Program-made: the position numbers and the translations under genes
Origin: an uncultured bacterium
Lineage (GTDB): Bacteria; Verrucomicrobiota; Verrucomicrobiia; Verrucomicrobiales; DEV007
Assembly (NCBI GenBank): GCA_963977015.1
Contig: CAXBMO010000018.1
Coordinates: 1 to 64,000 of the forward strand
Direction: 5' to 3'
DNA length: 64,000 bases
The notes under the pieces: model-generated
The model's input: the letters and a program-made list of their open reading frames with translations, nothing else
What the model was told of the DNA's origin: nothing
The model's database searches: none
Part shown: positions 1-9,399 of the stretch, piece after piece
How the letters are laid out: the number at the start of each line of letters is the position of its first letter
Position numbering within the stretch: position 1 is the stretch's first letter

Positions 1-381
1 ACCAAATCCTAGCAGAACTATCGTTTTGAGGTGTCCAGCTTTCTGGATCAGGTCAAGACCGTCAGAATTCCCTAGCCAGTGAAAATTCGCGCAATGCTAG
101 GGCTCCGTGGGTGTGGCTGTTCGTGTTCACCTTTCATTTGTAGGGCTTCATTCGACCCCCTCCCCTTTCTGCACCAGCCCAGTCTTTTGAAATGGGTCCC
201 CAAGGTCTGCCCCTCCTTTTTGTTGCCCAAACTACCCTCTCAAGTGCCAGGAACTCCGATCCTTCGCGTGTAGGTGACGCGAATAACGGAAACAAACATC
301 AATGAGCTGTTACTACTTCTGTAACTAATTCAAGCTAACAGTGCACCAAAAAAGCTGTAACTTGCTTTAGATCAGCGAATA

Positions 382-466
382 CGGAGGGGGTGGGATTCGA
401 ACCCACGATACGTTGCCGTATGCCGGTTTTCAAGACCGGTGCATTCAACCGCTCTGCCACCCCTCC
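382..466 (-). tRNA. tRNA-Ser (anticodon TGA)
   Basis: Reverse complement GGAGGGGTGGCAGAGCGGTTGAATGCACCGGTCTTGAAAACCGGC...GGTTCGAATCCCACCCCCTCCG: acceptor stem, D arm, CT-TGA-AA anticodon loop, long variable arm, GGTTCGAATCC T loop; CCA not encoded. Confidence 0.97.
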
Positions 467-545
467 TTAAATTCGAGGTGCGCGGAGGCAGGATTTTAGC
501 GCGAACGGGGGAAGACGCAAGCCTTTCGCTGGCGTTTTCTCCAGT

Positions 546-1013
546 TCAGGCAGCCGGTCGTTGGAAAACGAGATCGCAGGCGCCTTCCGCGATCTGTTGA
601 AAGCCGAGCCTCTCGTAAAGCTGCCTGGCCGGGTTGTTGCGAAGCACGCGAAGCCGAACCGGAAGATCGAGCGCGGTGGCGCGTTGCACGGTGAGTTTGA
701 CGAGTTCCGTGCCGAGGCCGGCGTTGCGGAATCCTTCCCGGATCTGGACTTCGGCGAGGTAGACGAATTCTTCCGATACCTTGGTTCGGAGGAGTCCGAT
801 GATGGCATCCTGGAAGGCCAGCACTTCGATCTCAGCCGGGTTGAAGTCATCCCGAAAGCGATGGGTGTCCCAGGGGTAGAAAGCTTCGGCGTACGGTCTC
901 ATGCAGGACTCGTAGAGGTCTGACAACGTGTCCACATCGGCGGTGGTTGCCTGCCGCAATTCCAATCCTCTTCGCGTGAGGCGATGACGCCGTTTGGGCC
1001 ATCTGAACTTCAT
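546..1013 (-). CDS. GNAT family N-acetyltransferase
   Basis: Acetyl-CoA motif 'FRNAGLGTELV' and C-terminal 'NPARQLYERLGF'; ATG at 1013 overlaps the upstream stop (ATGA coupling). Confidence 0.85.
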   Translation of the reverse strand: MKFRWPKRRHRLTRRGLELRQATTADVDTLSDLYESCMRPYAEAFYPWDTHRFRDDFNPAEIEVLAFQDAIIGLLRTKVSEEFVYLAEVQIREGFRNAGLGTELVKLTVQRATALDLPVRLRVLRNNPARQLYERLGFQQIAEGACDLVFQRPAA

Positions 1014-1378
1014 GAAGCCACGCGTTTGCGGCGATTCCTGGGTTTCGCCTGGTCCGCGCGCAAGGCGGCTTGCCATCCCAGTTCTGCCCATTGGTTCATC
1101 ACGCGCGGAGTCTGGAACGCTTCATCCGGGCAGGAGAAATAGGAAAGTTGAGCTTCGCGATCCTTCCTCAGGTAGGTGAAGGGCTCCTGGTCACGCTTCT
1201 CAAATTCAGCCTGATTCTCCGGATCAACCTTGAGGTAGAGCCGACTGTCGGCAATGAGGGCAAACATGAGCCCTTCGCGAAAGATTCCATAGCCGCCAAA
1301 CATTCGTTTCGCGGACACCTCGCCAAACTCGTTCATCAGTTCAATGACGTGCTCGGCAAACTCCTTTTCCGAGTTCAT
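1010..1378 (-). CDS. TfoX/Sxy N-terminal domain protein
   Basis: 'KRMFGGYGIFREGLMFALIADSRLYLKVD' is the TfoX_N signature. Confidence 0.85.
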   Translation of the reverse strand: MNSEKEFAEHVIELMNEFGEVSAKRMFGGYGIFREGLMFALIADSRLYLKVDPENQAEFEKRDQEPFTYLRKDREAQLSYFSCPDEAFQTPRVMNQWAELGWQAALRADQAKPRNRRKRVAS

Positions 1379-1824
1379 AGCTCCAGCGGCACTTCGTGGT
1401 AGTCCAGGGCCCACTCGCGCATAAAGCGAACGCGATTCGGCACAATCCGGTAAATGATCAGTTCCGGGTTGTCGATGCTGCCCAGGTAGTTGCGAAGCAA
1501 GGGATTGGAATCCCAGATTTCCTGCTTGAGGGCGCCATCCTCCAGGACTTCCGCGACGCCGGTGATTCGCACCTGGTCGTGTTTGTCGTCGAGATAGCAG
1601 AGCTCAACTTTGGGATTCGCCTCAATTTCCCCGGTCTTGTGATAGGACTTGAGATTGGCGACGTAAATGGTGAAGCCGTCCACGCGAACGGGCGAGACGG
1701 GTCTCAAGCGGGGTTGATCCCCGTCACACGACGCAAGTTGAGGGAACTTGGCTTTCTGAATGACGCCGGCCGCCAACTCCGGGAGCTGGCTTGGATCGAT
1801 GGGCTCTGGTTCCGGCTTTGCCAT
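1375..1824 (-). CDS. Pyridoxamine 5'-phosphate oxidase-like FMN-binding protein
   Basis: 'LASCDGDQPRLRPV...K..EIEANPKVELCY...QVRITG' split-barrel pattern. Confidence 0.8.
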   Translation of the reverse strand: MAKPEPEPIDPSQLPELAAGVIQKAKFPQLASCDGDQPRLRPVSPVRVDGFTIYVANLKSYHKTGEIEANPKVELCYLDDKHDQVRITGVAEVLEDGALKQEIWDSNPLLRNYLGSIDNPELIIYRIVPNRVRFMREWALDYHEVPLEL

Positions 1825-1839
1825 GACATCGAACGTGGA

Positions 1840-2277
1840 TCAATCTTCGCGCGGTGGCAACTTGACGACGGCAAACCAGAAGTCTTCGAGCGATTGCACG
1901 ACTTTCGTAAATTGGTCCAGATCGACCGGCTTCGTAATGTAACAGGCCGCGTGTAGCTCGTAAGCCTTGAGGATGTCCTCATCAGCCGTCGATGTCGTCA
2001 GGACGACGACCGGGATGCTGGAAAAGGCCTCGTCCTCCTTGATCTGCTCCAACAATTCAGCGCCGTGCATTCCGGGCAAATTGAGGTCCAGGAGAATAAT
2101 ATCGGGACGCGGCGACTCCGCGAATTTTCCCTCACGTTTAAGAAACGCCAACGCCTCCTCTCCGTTTGTCGCGACATGAAGGCTGTTCGCAATTTTAGCA
2201 TCCTCCAGGGCGGCCTTTGTTAACCCGACATCGCCCGGGTTGTCTTCTACCATTAAAATTTCAATCATATTTCGCAT
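1840..2277 (-). CDS. Single-domain response regulator (Rcp1-like receiver)
   Basis: 'ILMVEDNPGD', 'PDIILLDLNLPGMHG', 'VVVLTTS', 'CYITKPVD'; start could also be 2268. Confidence 0.9.
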   Translation of the reverse strand: MRNMIEILMVEDNPGDVGLTKAALEDAKIANSLHVATNGEEALAFLKREGKFAESPRPDIILLDLNLPGMHGAELLEQIKEDEAFSSIPVVVLTTSTADEDILKAYELHAACYITKPVDLDQFTKVVQSLEDFWFAVVKLPPRED

Positions 2278-2600
2278 CAGCAAACCGTTACGCACCATCG
2301 CCAATCAATTTCAGCGGGGCAGCTACTCAAAAAGAACCACGCAGAGGCTGGGCAACTACCCTTCTTGTAAAACACATCACTTTCTTGGTGTCACTCTTTT
2401 TATTGTTCAGAAAAACACTCCAAAACGAGGCGTTTCATCCACGGTTTTCCGGATCGGAGAAGTCGTTGTTCGAAAGGGTTTCGGATCGATAATTGCGGTT
2501 CCGTTCGTCTTCCGAAGTCGCTCAAAGCGAAAGAATCGAGGTCAATAAAGACACTTGATAAATATGGAATTTGGAATTATTCGTTAATTTTATCTTCTAT

Positions 2601-3998
2601 ATGCAAAATATAGCCAGAATCATCATCCAAAACTGCCTCGAGCTTCCCGAAGCTGAAGCAGAAACGATTTTGGCGAGCCCTGACACCCTGGAGTCCGTTC
2701 TCGGCTCCAAAACCCCTTCTCAACTGGCCAATCTGGTTACCTCGTTCGACCAGTTCATCGAATTTCAAAGCCGTGAAGCCCAGTTGCACATTGATGCGCT
2801 GGAGGTCAGTCGCAGGGAAGCGGAAACGCTACAATCCACGGCTGAAGATGCCTCGCGCTTGAAAGACCAATTCATGGCAAACATCAGCCATGAAATTCGG
2901 ACGCCGATGAACGGCATTCTCGGGATGATGGATCTGTTGCGAGATACCGAGCTTTCCGACCAACAAACGGACTATGTTGATACGATTCGTCGTTCGGGCT
3001 CGTCCATGATGGATGTTCTCGACAACATTTTGGACTTTTCGAGGCTGGCAGCGGGCAATATGGCGCTGGAAATGAAGCCGGAGAAAGTCGAGAGCCTGGT
3101 GCAAAGCTCGGTCGACACCTTCTCTGCGGCAGCCTTTGATAAGGGGCTCGAGTTGAGCTACCACATCGATCCGGACGTTCCGCGCTATGTGGAGACCGAT
3201 GCCGCGCGTGTCACCCAGATCCTCAACAATCTCATCGGGAACGCGATCAAGTTTACCAGTAAGGGAGGGGTTCGCGTTTGGGTAGGAACTGAGCCGAAGG
3301 ATACCGGGCGCATTCAGTTCGCGGTGGAAGACGATGGCATCGGGATTCAGGAATCTCACCTGAAGACGTTGTTCGACCCATTTGTCCAAGTCGAGCATGA
3401 GACGATTCGCGAATTCGGAGGAACCGGATTGGGCCTGACGCTCTGCCAGAATTTGGTCGATATCATGGGAGGCGCGATCGCCGTCGAAAGCGAAATCGGC
3501 GTTGGATCCAATTTTTCGTTCACGATTACGGCGCGCCCCTGCCTGCCTGACGAAAAGCTTCCCATTTCGTTTCCGTTTCTCGCCAATTCCAAGGAAACGG
3601 ACGGATCTCCCTTTGATGAGTTTGCACCTTCCCCGGTCTCGAAGCGGGTGCTGGTGGTCGAGGACAATCCGGTGAATCAGAAAGTGGCCGTCCTGACGAT
3701 TCAGCGTTTGGGACATAACGTCGACCTGGCGGAAAACGGAGTTGAGGCGGTCGAGGCGGTGCAAAACAATCCCTACGATGTGGTGTTCATGGATCTGGAA
3801 ATGCCGATCATGGGAGGGATTGAGGCGACCCTGGAAATTCGTCGCAACCCGAGCCCGATGAATCCTGACGTTCGGATCATGGCGATGACGGGACATGTTT
3901 TCGACGCCATGCGGAATCGCTGCGCCGAATCGGGCATGGACGGGTTTCTACCGAAGCCGTTCAAACTGGCTGACTTAAAGGGCGCCCTCGACGGTTAG
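2601..3998 (+). CDS. Hybrid sensor histidine kinase / receiver
   Basis: H box 'FMANISHEIRTPMNG', N box 'NNLIGNAIKFT', G boxes 'DDGIGI' and 'GGTGLGL', C-terminal receiver 'VVEDNPVN...FMDLEMP...KP'. Confidence 0.92.
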   Translation: MQNIARIIIQNCLELPEAEAETILASPDTLESVLGSKTPSQLANLVTSFDQFIEFQSREAQLHIDALEVSRREAETLQSTAEDASRLKDQFMANISHEIRTPMNGILGMMDLLRDTELSDQQTDYVDTIRRSGSSMMDVLDNILDFSRLAAGNMALEMKPEKVESLVQSSVDTFSAAAFDKGLELSYHIDPDVPRYVETDAARVTQILNNLIGNAIKFTSKGGVRVWVGTEPKDTGRIQFAVEDDGIGIQESHLKTLFDPFVQVEHETIREFGGTGLGLTLCQNLVDIMGGAIAVESEIGVGSNFSFTITARPCLPDEKLPISFPFLANSKETDGSPFDEFAPSPVSKRVLVVEDNPVNQKVAVLTIQRLGHNVDLAENGVEAVEAVQNNPYDVVFMDLEMPIMGGIEATLEIRRNPSPMNPDVRIMAMTGHVFDAMRNRCAESGMDGFLPKPFKLADLKGALDG

Positions 3999-4115
3999 CG
4001 AGAGCCGTTGAAGTGACCCATCCCCCCTTCATCGGCTACTGGTTCACCCAAAATGCGCTAAAGGCGGAGAAATCCCCGGCTTGCAATCCGGTCAAATCCG
4101 CGATGCAATAGGAGA

Positions 4116-4934
4116 ATGAAGCCACTCATGTTGGGAGTTCTCACTCTCGTCATAGTTGGCATCGTTTTGATTCTTCAAGACCGGCTCCCGTTTGCCACGA
4201 TGTCACGTCCCGTTATCACTGACCTTCTCCCGGTGGGAGGAGCCCCTCCCAATCAAGTGAAGGGCGGCTCGAGCCCGATTGAAAGTGACGACCCGAACCG
4301 GGCTTCAAAGGCAAAAAAACGGGTCACCCCTCTCCTCAAGAAAGACCTCGAAGCGAAAGGACTGACGTTTGGAAGTCCCATCTTTCTCAGAATCTTCAAA
4401 GAATCCCACGAACTGGAATTGTGGGTCCAGGGTTCGAACGGCAAGTTTCAACTGTTTCGGAACTATCGGATTGCGGCAATGTCAGGAAAGCTGGGGCCCA
4501 AGGAGAAACAGGGAGACTTTCAAGCCCCGGAAGGCTTTTACTTCGTGAACTCCGGACGCTTCAATCCCTACAGCAGCTATCATTTGTCCTTCAATATCGG
4601 CTATCCCAATACTTACGATCGCGCTCACAAGCGAACCGGGAGCCTGATCATGATCCACGGCAAGTCCGTGTCGATCGGCTGTTTTGCGATGACGGATTCG
4701 TCAATCGAGGAGATCTACACCTTGGGAGACGCGGCGCTGAACCACGGCCAACCGTTTTTCCGCGTCCACGCCTTCCCGTTTCGAATGACCAAGGAACGTC
4801 TCGCCGCGGAGGCGGACTCCGAGCACATCGACTTCTGGAACAATCTCTACGAAGGATTTTTGGCCTTCGAACATAGCCTTGTCCCGCCAAACGTGACGGT
4901 GCGCTCGAAGCGCTATGTTTTTGAGGAAGGTTAG
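4116..4934 (+). CDS. YafK/DpaA-like L,D-transpeptidase (YkuD) family protein
   Basis: 'GPKEKQGDFQAPEGFY', 'IGYPN', catalytic 'IMIHGKSVSIGCFAM'; N-terminal hydrophobic anchor. Confidence 0.88.
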   Translation: MKPLMLGVLTLVIVGIVLILQDRLPFATMSRPVITDLLPVGGAPPNQVKGGSSPIESDDPNRASKAKKRVTPLLKKDLEAKGLTFGSPIFLRIFKESHELELWVQGSNGKFQLFRNYRIAAMSGKLGPKEKQGDFQAPEGFYFVNSGRFNPYSSYHLSFNIGYPNTYDRAHKRTGSLIMIHGKSVSIGCFAMTDSSIEEIYTLGDAALNHGQPFFRVHAFPFRMTKERLAAEADSEHIDFWNNLYEGFLAFEHSLVPPNVTVRSKRYVFEEG

Positions 4935-6187
4935 CCTTTCACCTTGAATGCGGTCAGGAACTCCTGATCCCGAAGGTAGAGCCTGCCGTCCAAAACCACC
5001 GGATGGCTCCAGACTTTTCCTTTGGGACTGCGATTCGGGGATTGGGGCTCGAGCTTGAACTGGCCAAGTTCCACATAGCCCTCCGGAGTTGCCTTTGCCA
5101 TCGTCACCATGCCATCCGCTTCATTGACGCAGATCAGCTTTCCGTCAACGAGGTGGACCGCTCCCTTTTGGGTGTAACGGCCTTTCTCATTCCAGACAAT
5201 CTCGCCGGTTTCCCAGCTTTGGCAGACCAAGCCGCCGCCATCAGAAAACCCATAGAGATAGTCACCCAATTTGATCACGCCGCCATGGTGATTCTTCATC
5301 TCCTTGTTGTCCCACACATCGGTCGCGGTTGATCCCTCGATCTTCACTTTCTTGGATCCAGCGCCGTAGCCTGAGGTGATGTAAACTTCGTTGCCGCTCA
5401 CGATCGGGGTCGGGATCACAGCCGTGCGTCCTCGTGGCCATTCGCTCTTCCAAATCAGCTCGCCGGACTCGGCATTCACCCCCACCAACAATTGCTGGTA
5501 GAGTTTGACGTATTGCTTCACGCCATTGATTTCAGAGACAACGACGGTCGCGTATTCCGACTTTCCAGCCCCGGAAAAGCTCGAAGTCCAGATGGTCTCA
5601 CCGCTGGATTTGTCGAGCGCAACCAGGGGAGTCTTGTCACCACCAGGTGCAATCACCACCTTGTCGCCATCGATCACCGGTGACTCGGAATAGCCCCAGC
5701 CGCCTGCTTTTCCGGAAAACTCAGACTGCAGATTTTTCGACCAAACCTTGCTTCCATCGGCGGCATTGAGACAAGCCAACGTTCCCTTGGGACCAAAGGC
5801 GTAAATTTTTCCCGCATCGTAGGTCGGGGTGCTGCGAGGACCATGCCCCCAACCGGCACTGTATCCCTTCTGGTCGTCATTGCTGATTTCAGACGCCCAA
5901 ACTTCTTCACCCGTGTTCGGATTCAACGCGATCGCGAAGACGGAATCGCCCCGAGTGCCCAGCGTAAAAAGCTTGTCTTCCCCAAAGGAGAAGCTGGAGT
6001 AACCCATGCCTGCATTGTCGTAGGTCCAGATTTTTTCCGGTCCACCTTCGGGCCATTCCGCCATCAGGCCTTTGTCGGGAGAAATACCGTCCTGATTGGG
6101 GCCGCGCCATTGCGCCCATTTTTCAGCCTGAGCTGAGATCGAAAATACGGTGAGTAAAGTCAGTCCGGAGAGGAGTTTCGTTTTCAT
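4931..6187 (-). CDS. Secreted PQQ-binding-like beta-propeller protein
   Basis: Signal peptide, 'WAQWRGPNQDG', repeated W-ended propeller blades, 'WSHPVVLDGRLYLRDQ'. Confidence 0.85.
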   Translation of the reverse strand: MKTKLLSGLTLLTVFSISAQAEKWAQWRGPNQDGISPDKGLMAEWPEGGPEKIWTYDNAGMGYSSFSFGEDKLFTLGTRGDSVFAIALNPNTGEEVWASEISNDDQKGYSAGWGHGPRSTPTYDAGKIYAFGPKGTLACLNAADGSKVWSKNLQSEFSGKAGGWGYSESPVIDGDKVVIAPGGDKTPLVALDKSSGETIWTSSFSGAGKSEYATVVVSEINGVKQYVKLYQQLLVGVNAESGELIWKSEWPRGRTAVIPTPIVSGNEVYITSGYGAGSKKVKIEGSTATDVWDNKEMKNHHGGVIKLGDYLYGFSDGGGLVCQSWETGEIVWNEKGRYTQKGAVHLVDGKLICVNEADGMVTMAKATPEGYVELGQFKLEPQSPNRSPKGKVWSHPVVLDGRLYLRDQEFLTAFKVKG

Positions 6188-6192
6188 AAAAT

Positions 6193-7626
6193 TCACTTTT
6201 TGACGTTGTAACAGGAAATGTGTTCTTGATCGCGAAGATAAAGTTTGCCGCCAACGACAACCGGTGGCGTCCAGATTCTGCCCTGGGCGTTTCGGTTGGT
6301 GCTTTGGGGCTCCATTTTGAATTGGCTGATTTGATTAAAGCCCGCCGGAGTCGCCTCAGCCAAAGTCACCATTCCATCCCCCTCATTGAGGCAGTAGAGC
6401 ATTCCGTCGGCGATCGCGATCGAACCAAAAGAGGATTGCAGTCCGCGTTCATTCCAGGCCAGTTCACCGGTTTCCCAGGATTGGCAAACCAGCCCCGCGG
6501 CTTCTGAAAACCCGTAGACGTGATCGCCGAATTTGATCACGCCGCCGTGCTTGTTCTTCATGTTCTTGTTGATCCAAAGTTGGTTGGCATCGCCTCCTTC
6601 GATCCTCAATTTCATGCAACCCACGCCATAGCCCGAGCAGACATACACCTCGTCGCCATCCACAATTGGCGTTGGAATCACTGCCGTTCTTCCGGCCCAC
6701 TCGGATCGCCAAACTTCGCGACCCGATTCAGCATCAACTCCAACGACAAAGCTTTGAAACAGCTTCACGTAGTGCTTTCCGGAACTGGTCTCGGCAATCA
6801 CCACGGTGGCGTATTCAGCCGGCCCCGCTCCAGAGATGTCAGCTTTCCAAATGGTCTTTCCCGAGTTGCGATCCAGCGCAATCATTGGGCTCGAGCCTCC
6901 CGGAGTCACGATGACCTTTTCGCCATCCACGACCGGAGATTCGGAGTAGCCCCAGCTTCCGTCGCTTCCGCCAAAATCCGACACCAGGTTTTTCGACCAG
7001 ACCTTCGATCCATCGCCGGCTTCGAGGCAGGCCAAGGTGCCTTCCGGCCCCAGCGCGTAGATTTTACCGTCACTGAACGTCGGGGTGCTGCGAGGGCCGT
7101 TGCCCCAACCAACATTGTAGGAGTCCGTCTCATCGGCGCCAATATTGGTCGACCAGACTTCTTCCCCGGAGTCGACATCAACGGCGACCACCGCCATCCG
7201 GGAACCGCGCGTCCCCATCACGAAGAGTTTTCCCTCCGCGATCGACGGTCCTCCATATCCCATCCCGGCATCGGAAAACGTCCAGACTTTCTCGGGACCA
7301 TCCGCCGGCCATTTCTTCAACAAATCGCTGTCAGGCGAAATTCCGTCTTGCCGCGCGCCTCTCCATTGAGGCCAATCGGCGGAACCCTGGCTGGCAGCCC
7401 TGGCCATTTGCTCCTTGATGAAGGCCTGGTCGTCAGGCGAAAGGGAAGCAACGGGCACGGAATAGACGCGGCCTTTCGCCTTAAGCTGGACGTTCGCACC
7501 TTCGACGCCGCCGTATTCGGCAACAATGGTATTTCCGGAACTGGCTTGCGTCCAAGTCCTGGCGAACGATGGACTTGCCGAGATAAGGACCAAAGCAAGG
7601 AGGCCTGTAACAATGAGGGATTTCAT
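6193..7626 (-). CDS. Secreted SHD1-like domain + PQQ-like beta-propeller protein, tandem paralog of the downstream gene
   Basis: 'RTWTQASSGNTIVAEY...VPVASLSPDDQAFI' (SHD1-like), then 'DWPQWRG' propeller closely resembling 4931-6187. Confidence 0.85.
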   Translation of the reverse strand: MKSLIVTGLLALVLISASPSFARTWTQASSGNTIVAEYGGVEGANVQLKAKGRVYSVPVASLSPDDQAFIKEQMARAASQGSADWPQWRGARQDGISPDSDLLKKWPADGPEKVWTFSDAGMGYGGPSIAEGKLFVMGTRGSRMAVVAVDVDSGEEVWSTNIGADETDSYNVGWGNGPRSTPTFSDGKIYALGPEGTLACLEAGDGSKVWSKNLVSDFGGSDGSWGYSESPVVDGEKVIVTPGGSSPMIALDRNSGKTIWKADISGAGPAEYATVVIAETSSGKHYVKLFQSFVVGVDAESGREVWRSEWAGRTAVIPTPIVDGDEVYVCSGYGVGCMKLRIEGGDANQLWINKNMKNKHGGVIKFGDHVYGFSEAAGLVCQSWETGELAWNERGLQSSFGSIAIADGMLYCLNEGDGMVTLAEATPAGFNQISQFKMEPQSTNRNAQGRIWTPPVVVGGKLYLRDQEHISCYNVKK

Positions 7627-7720
7627 GAGTAGTCAGGGAAAAATCAGCAGTCAGCCCCTTTAACGTAGCCTCCGCTCCATTTCTTCCCAAAAAACGGCGA
7701 ACTTTCGGACATTGCCTCCG

Positions 7721-8674
7721 TCATTTTTCAACAATTGTGTAATCCAACAAGACTGCGCGATGGTCCGAACCCGCAAAATCGAGCCTCCGCCCTTTGATCA
7801 ACCGAAAGTGTTCCGAGACAAATTGGAAGTCCGTCGGCAAACCAACCAGCGGCAAGGAGAGCGGCTTCCACGTTGATTTGGCCGGCGAGTACGCACTGAC
7901 AAGCCCCGATTCCTTGAGAAAGGTTCGGTAAGCAGCGCTCCACGGCGTCGCATTGAAATCTCCGACGACGAGCAGTGGTTTCCGCTGCAAACGCGCCGCT
8001 TGAGCGAGCGATTCGAGATGCCAATTGCGCACCTCCCACAAATCCCGTGCGACAGGAGGAGGCGGGTGGGTTCCAATCACTTCGATGTTCCTCCCATCCA
8101 CTTCAATTGTAGCGGTAATGGACGGGACATCCCAGCCGCTGAAATCTGAAATGCCGTAGTCGACGATCGGGAAGCGGCTCATCAGCATCATCCCAAAATT
8201 GTTCTCACGCGCCTCGGTCACATCAAACTGATAGACATCCAGCAAGGGCTTCAATTGCTCCAACCATCCCGCGGTGACCTCCTGCAACACCACGATGTCG
8301 GCATTCGACTGGCGAATTTGGGAAACGACCGCGCTCTTGTTGTCGTTGCGAAACGCGATATTTTGTAGATAGACCCGGAACCTCGGGGAGTCGGCCTCCC
8401 CGTCCCCTCTCGGAGCGGTTTGGAACAACGGAGGCAAAATCAACAGGAGGGCGAGCAACACGCCTCCCGCGGCGATGCTCCCCAGTCTTTTCGCCTTCTT
8501 CCCAAAGAAGAACACTGCGCAGAATGCCAGAACGGCGGCCAGGAACGGACGCAGATGTGCAAAGAGATCCGCAACCCACCAGATTCGTTCCAGCAGTCCA
8601 AACCCGAGAAGCCCAAGTGTTCCCCACAGAACACGAAGGAACACCGGATCGGCTTTGAAGGTTGGAGAAATCAC
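7721..8674 (-). CDS. Membrane-anchored endonuclease/exonuclease/phosphatase family protein
   Basis: N-terminal TM helices; 'VVLQEV', 'VVGDFNATPWS', 'GSDHRAV'; start uncertain. Confidence 0.85.
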   Translation of the reverse strand: MISPTFKADPVFLRVLWGTLGLLGFGLLERIWWVADLFAHLRPFLAAVLAFCAVFFFGKKAKRLGSIAAGGVLLALLLILPPLFQTAPRGDGEADSPRFRVYLQNIAFRNDNKSAVVSQIRQSNADIVVLQEVTAGWLEQLKPLLDVYQFDVTEARENNFGMMLMSRFPIVDYGISDFSGWDVPSITATIEVDGRNIEVIGTHPPPPVARDLWEVRNWHLESLAQAARLQRKPLLVVGDFNATPWSAAYRTFLKESGLVSAYSPAKSTWKPLSLPLVGLPTDFQFVSEHFRLIKGRRLDFAGSDHRAVLLDYTIVEK

Positions 8675-8783
8675 GATTCAGCCTAGCTTGATTCTCGAAA
8701 TCTGAAATTTGAATTCGGCCGCGAAAGATTGGCGGCACGAAATTCGAGTTTGGAATTCTTCCCGACATGTCTAAGATCAGCCC

Positions 8784-9389
8784 ATGTCATTTCTACAACA
8801 ATTGGTCGAATCATACGGCGGAGAGGTAAGCGACACGCTTTCGAAAAAGCTCGATATCCCGGAATCGCAAGCTTCAGAGTTGCTGCCAAAGATCGCACCA
8901 CTCATTCTTGGAGGACTGGCGGCAAAAGCCCAGAAAAATGGCCCGGAGAGCGTCGCCGAAGTCATTGCGCAGCACGGAAATGAAGCGGCTCTCGAAAACG
9001 TGGAGGAAAGCATGGTCAAAGGCGAAGAACAATCCGGCGACATTCTTCAGTCTCTGATGGGTGGCGGGATGTCAGGATTGCTCGGTGGCGGAGGACTCGG
9101 CGGATTGTTGGGAGGAGGCAGCGGGGGTGGAATCATCGGCCAGATCCTGGGTCAGCACCTGGGAATCGAAGGCGATAAGGCGATGAAAACCGTCTCCATG
9201 CTCGCCCCGATTCTTCTGGGAGCGCTCGCCAAAAAGAAAAGCGAAGCGGAAGGCGACGGAATGAACGCCATTCTCAGCATTCTGGACGAGGATGGCGATG
9301 GAAACGCGATCAACGATTTGGCTGCGAAATTTCTGGGTGGTGGCGGTTTGGGCGGTGCGCTCAGCGGAATGTTCGGCGGCAAAAAGTAA
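8784..9389 (+). CDS. DUF937-like Gly-rich protein
   Basis: 'LLPKIAPLILGGL', 'LAPILLGAL', 'LDEDGDGNAINDL', Gly-rich linkers. Confidence 0.7.
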   Translation: MSFLQQLVESYGGEVSDTLSKKLDIPESQASELLPKIAPLILGGLAAKAQKNGPESVAEVIAQHGNEAALENVEESMVKGEEQSGDILQSLMGGGMSGLLGGGGLGGLLGGGSGGGIIGQILGQHLGIEGDKAMKTVSMLAPILLGALAKKKSEAEGDGMNAILSILDEDGDGNAINDLAAKFLGGGGLGGALSGMFGGKK

Positions 9390-9399
9390 ATCCAAATTC

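Noticed and set aside
79-273. 64-aa ORF at the window start
   Set aside because: No recognisable motif or RBS; probably non-coding or part of a feature outside the window.
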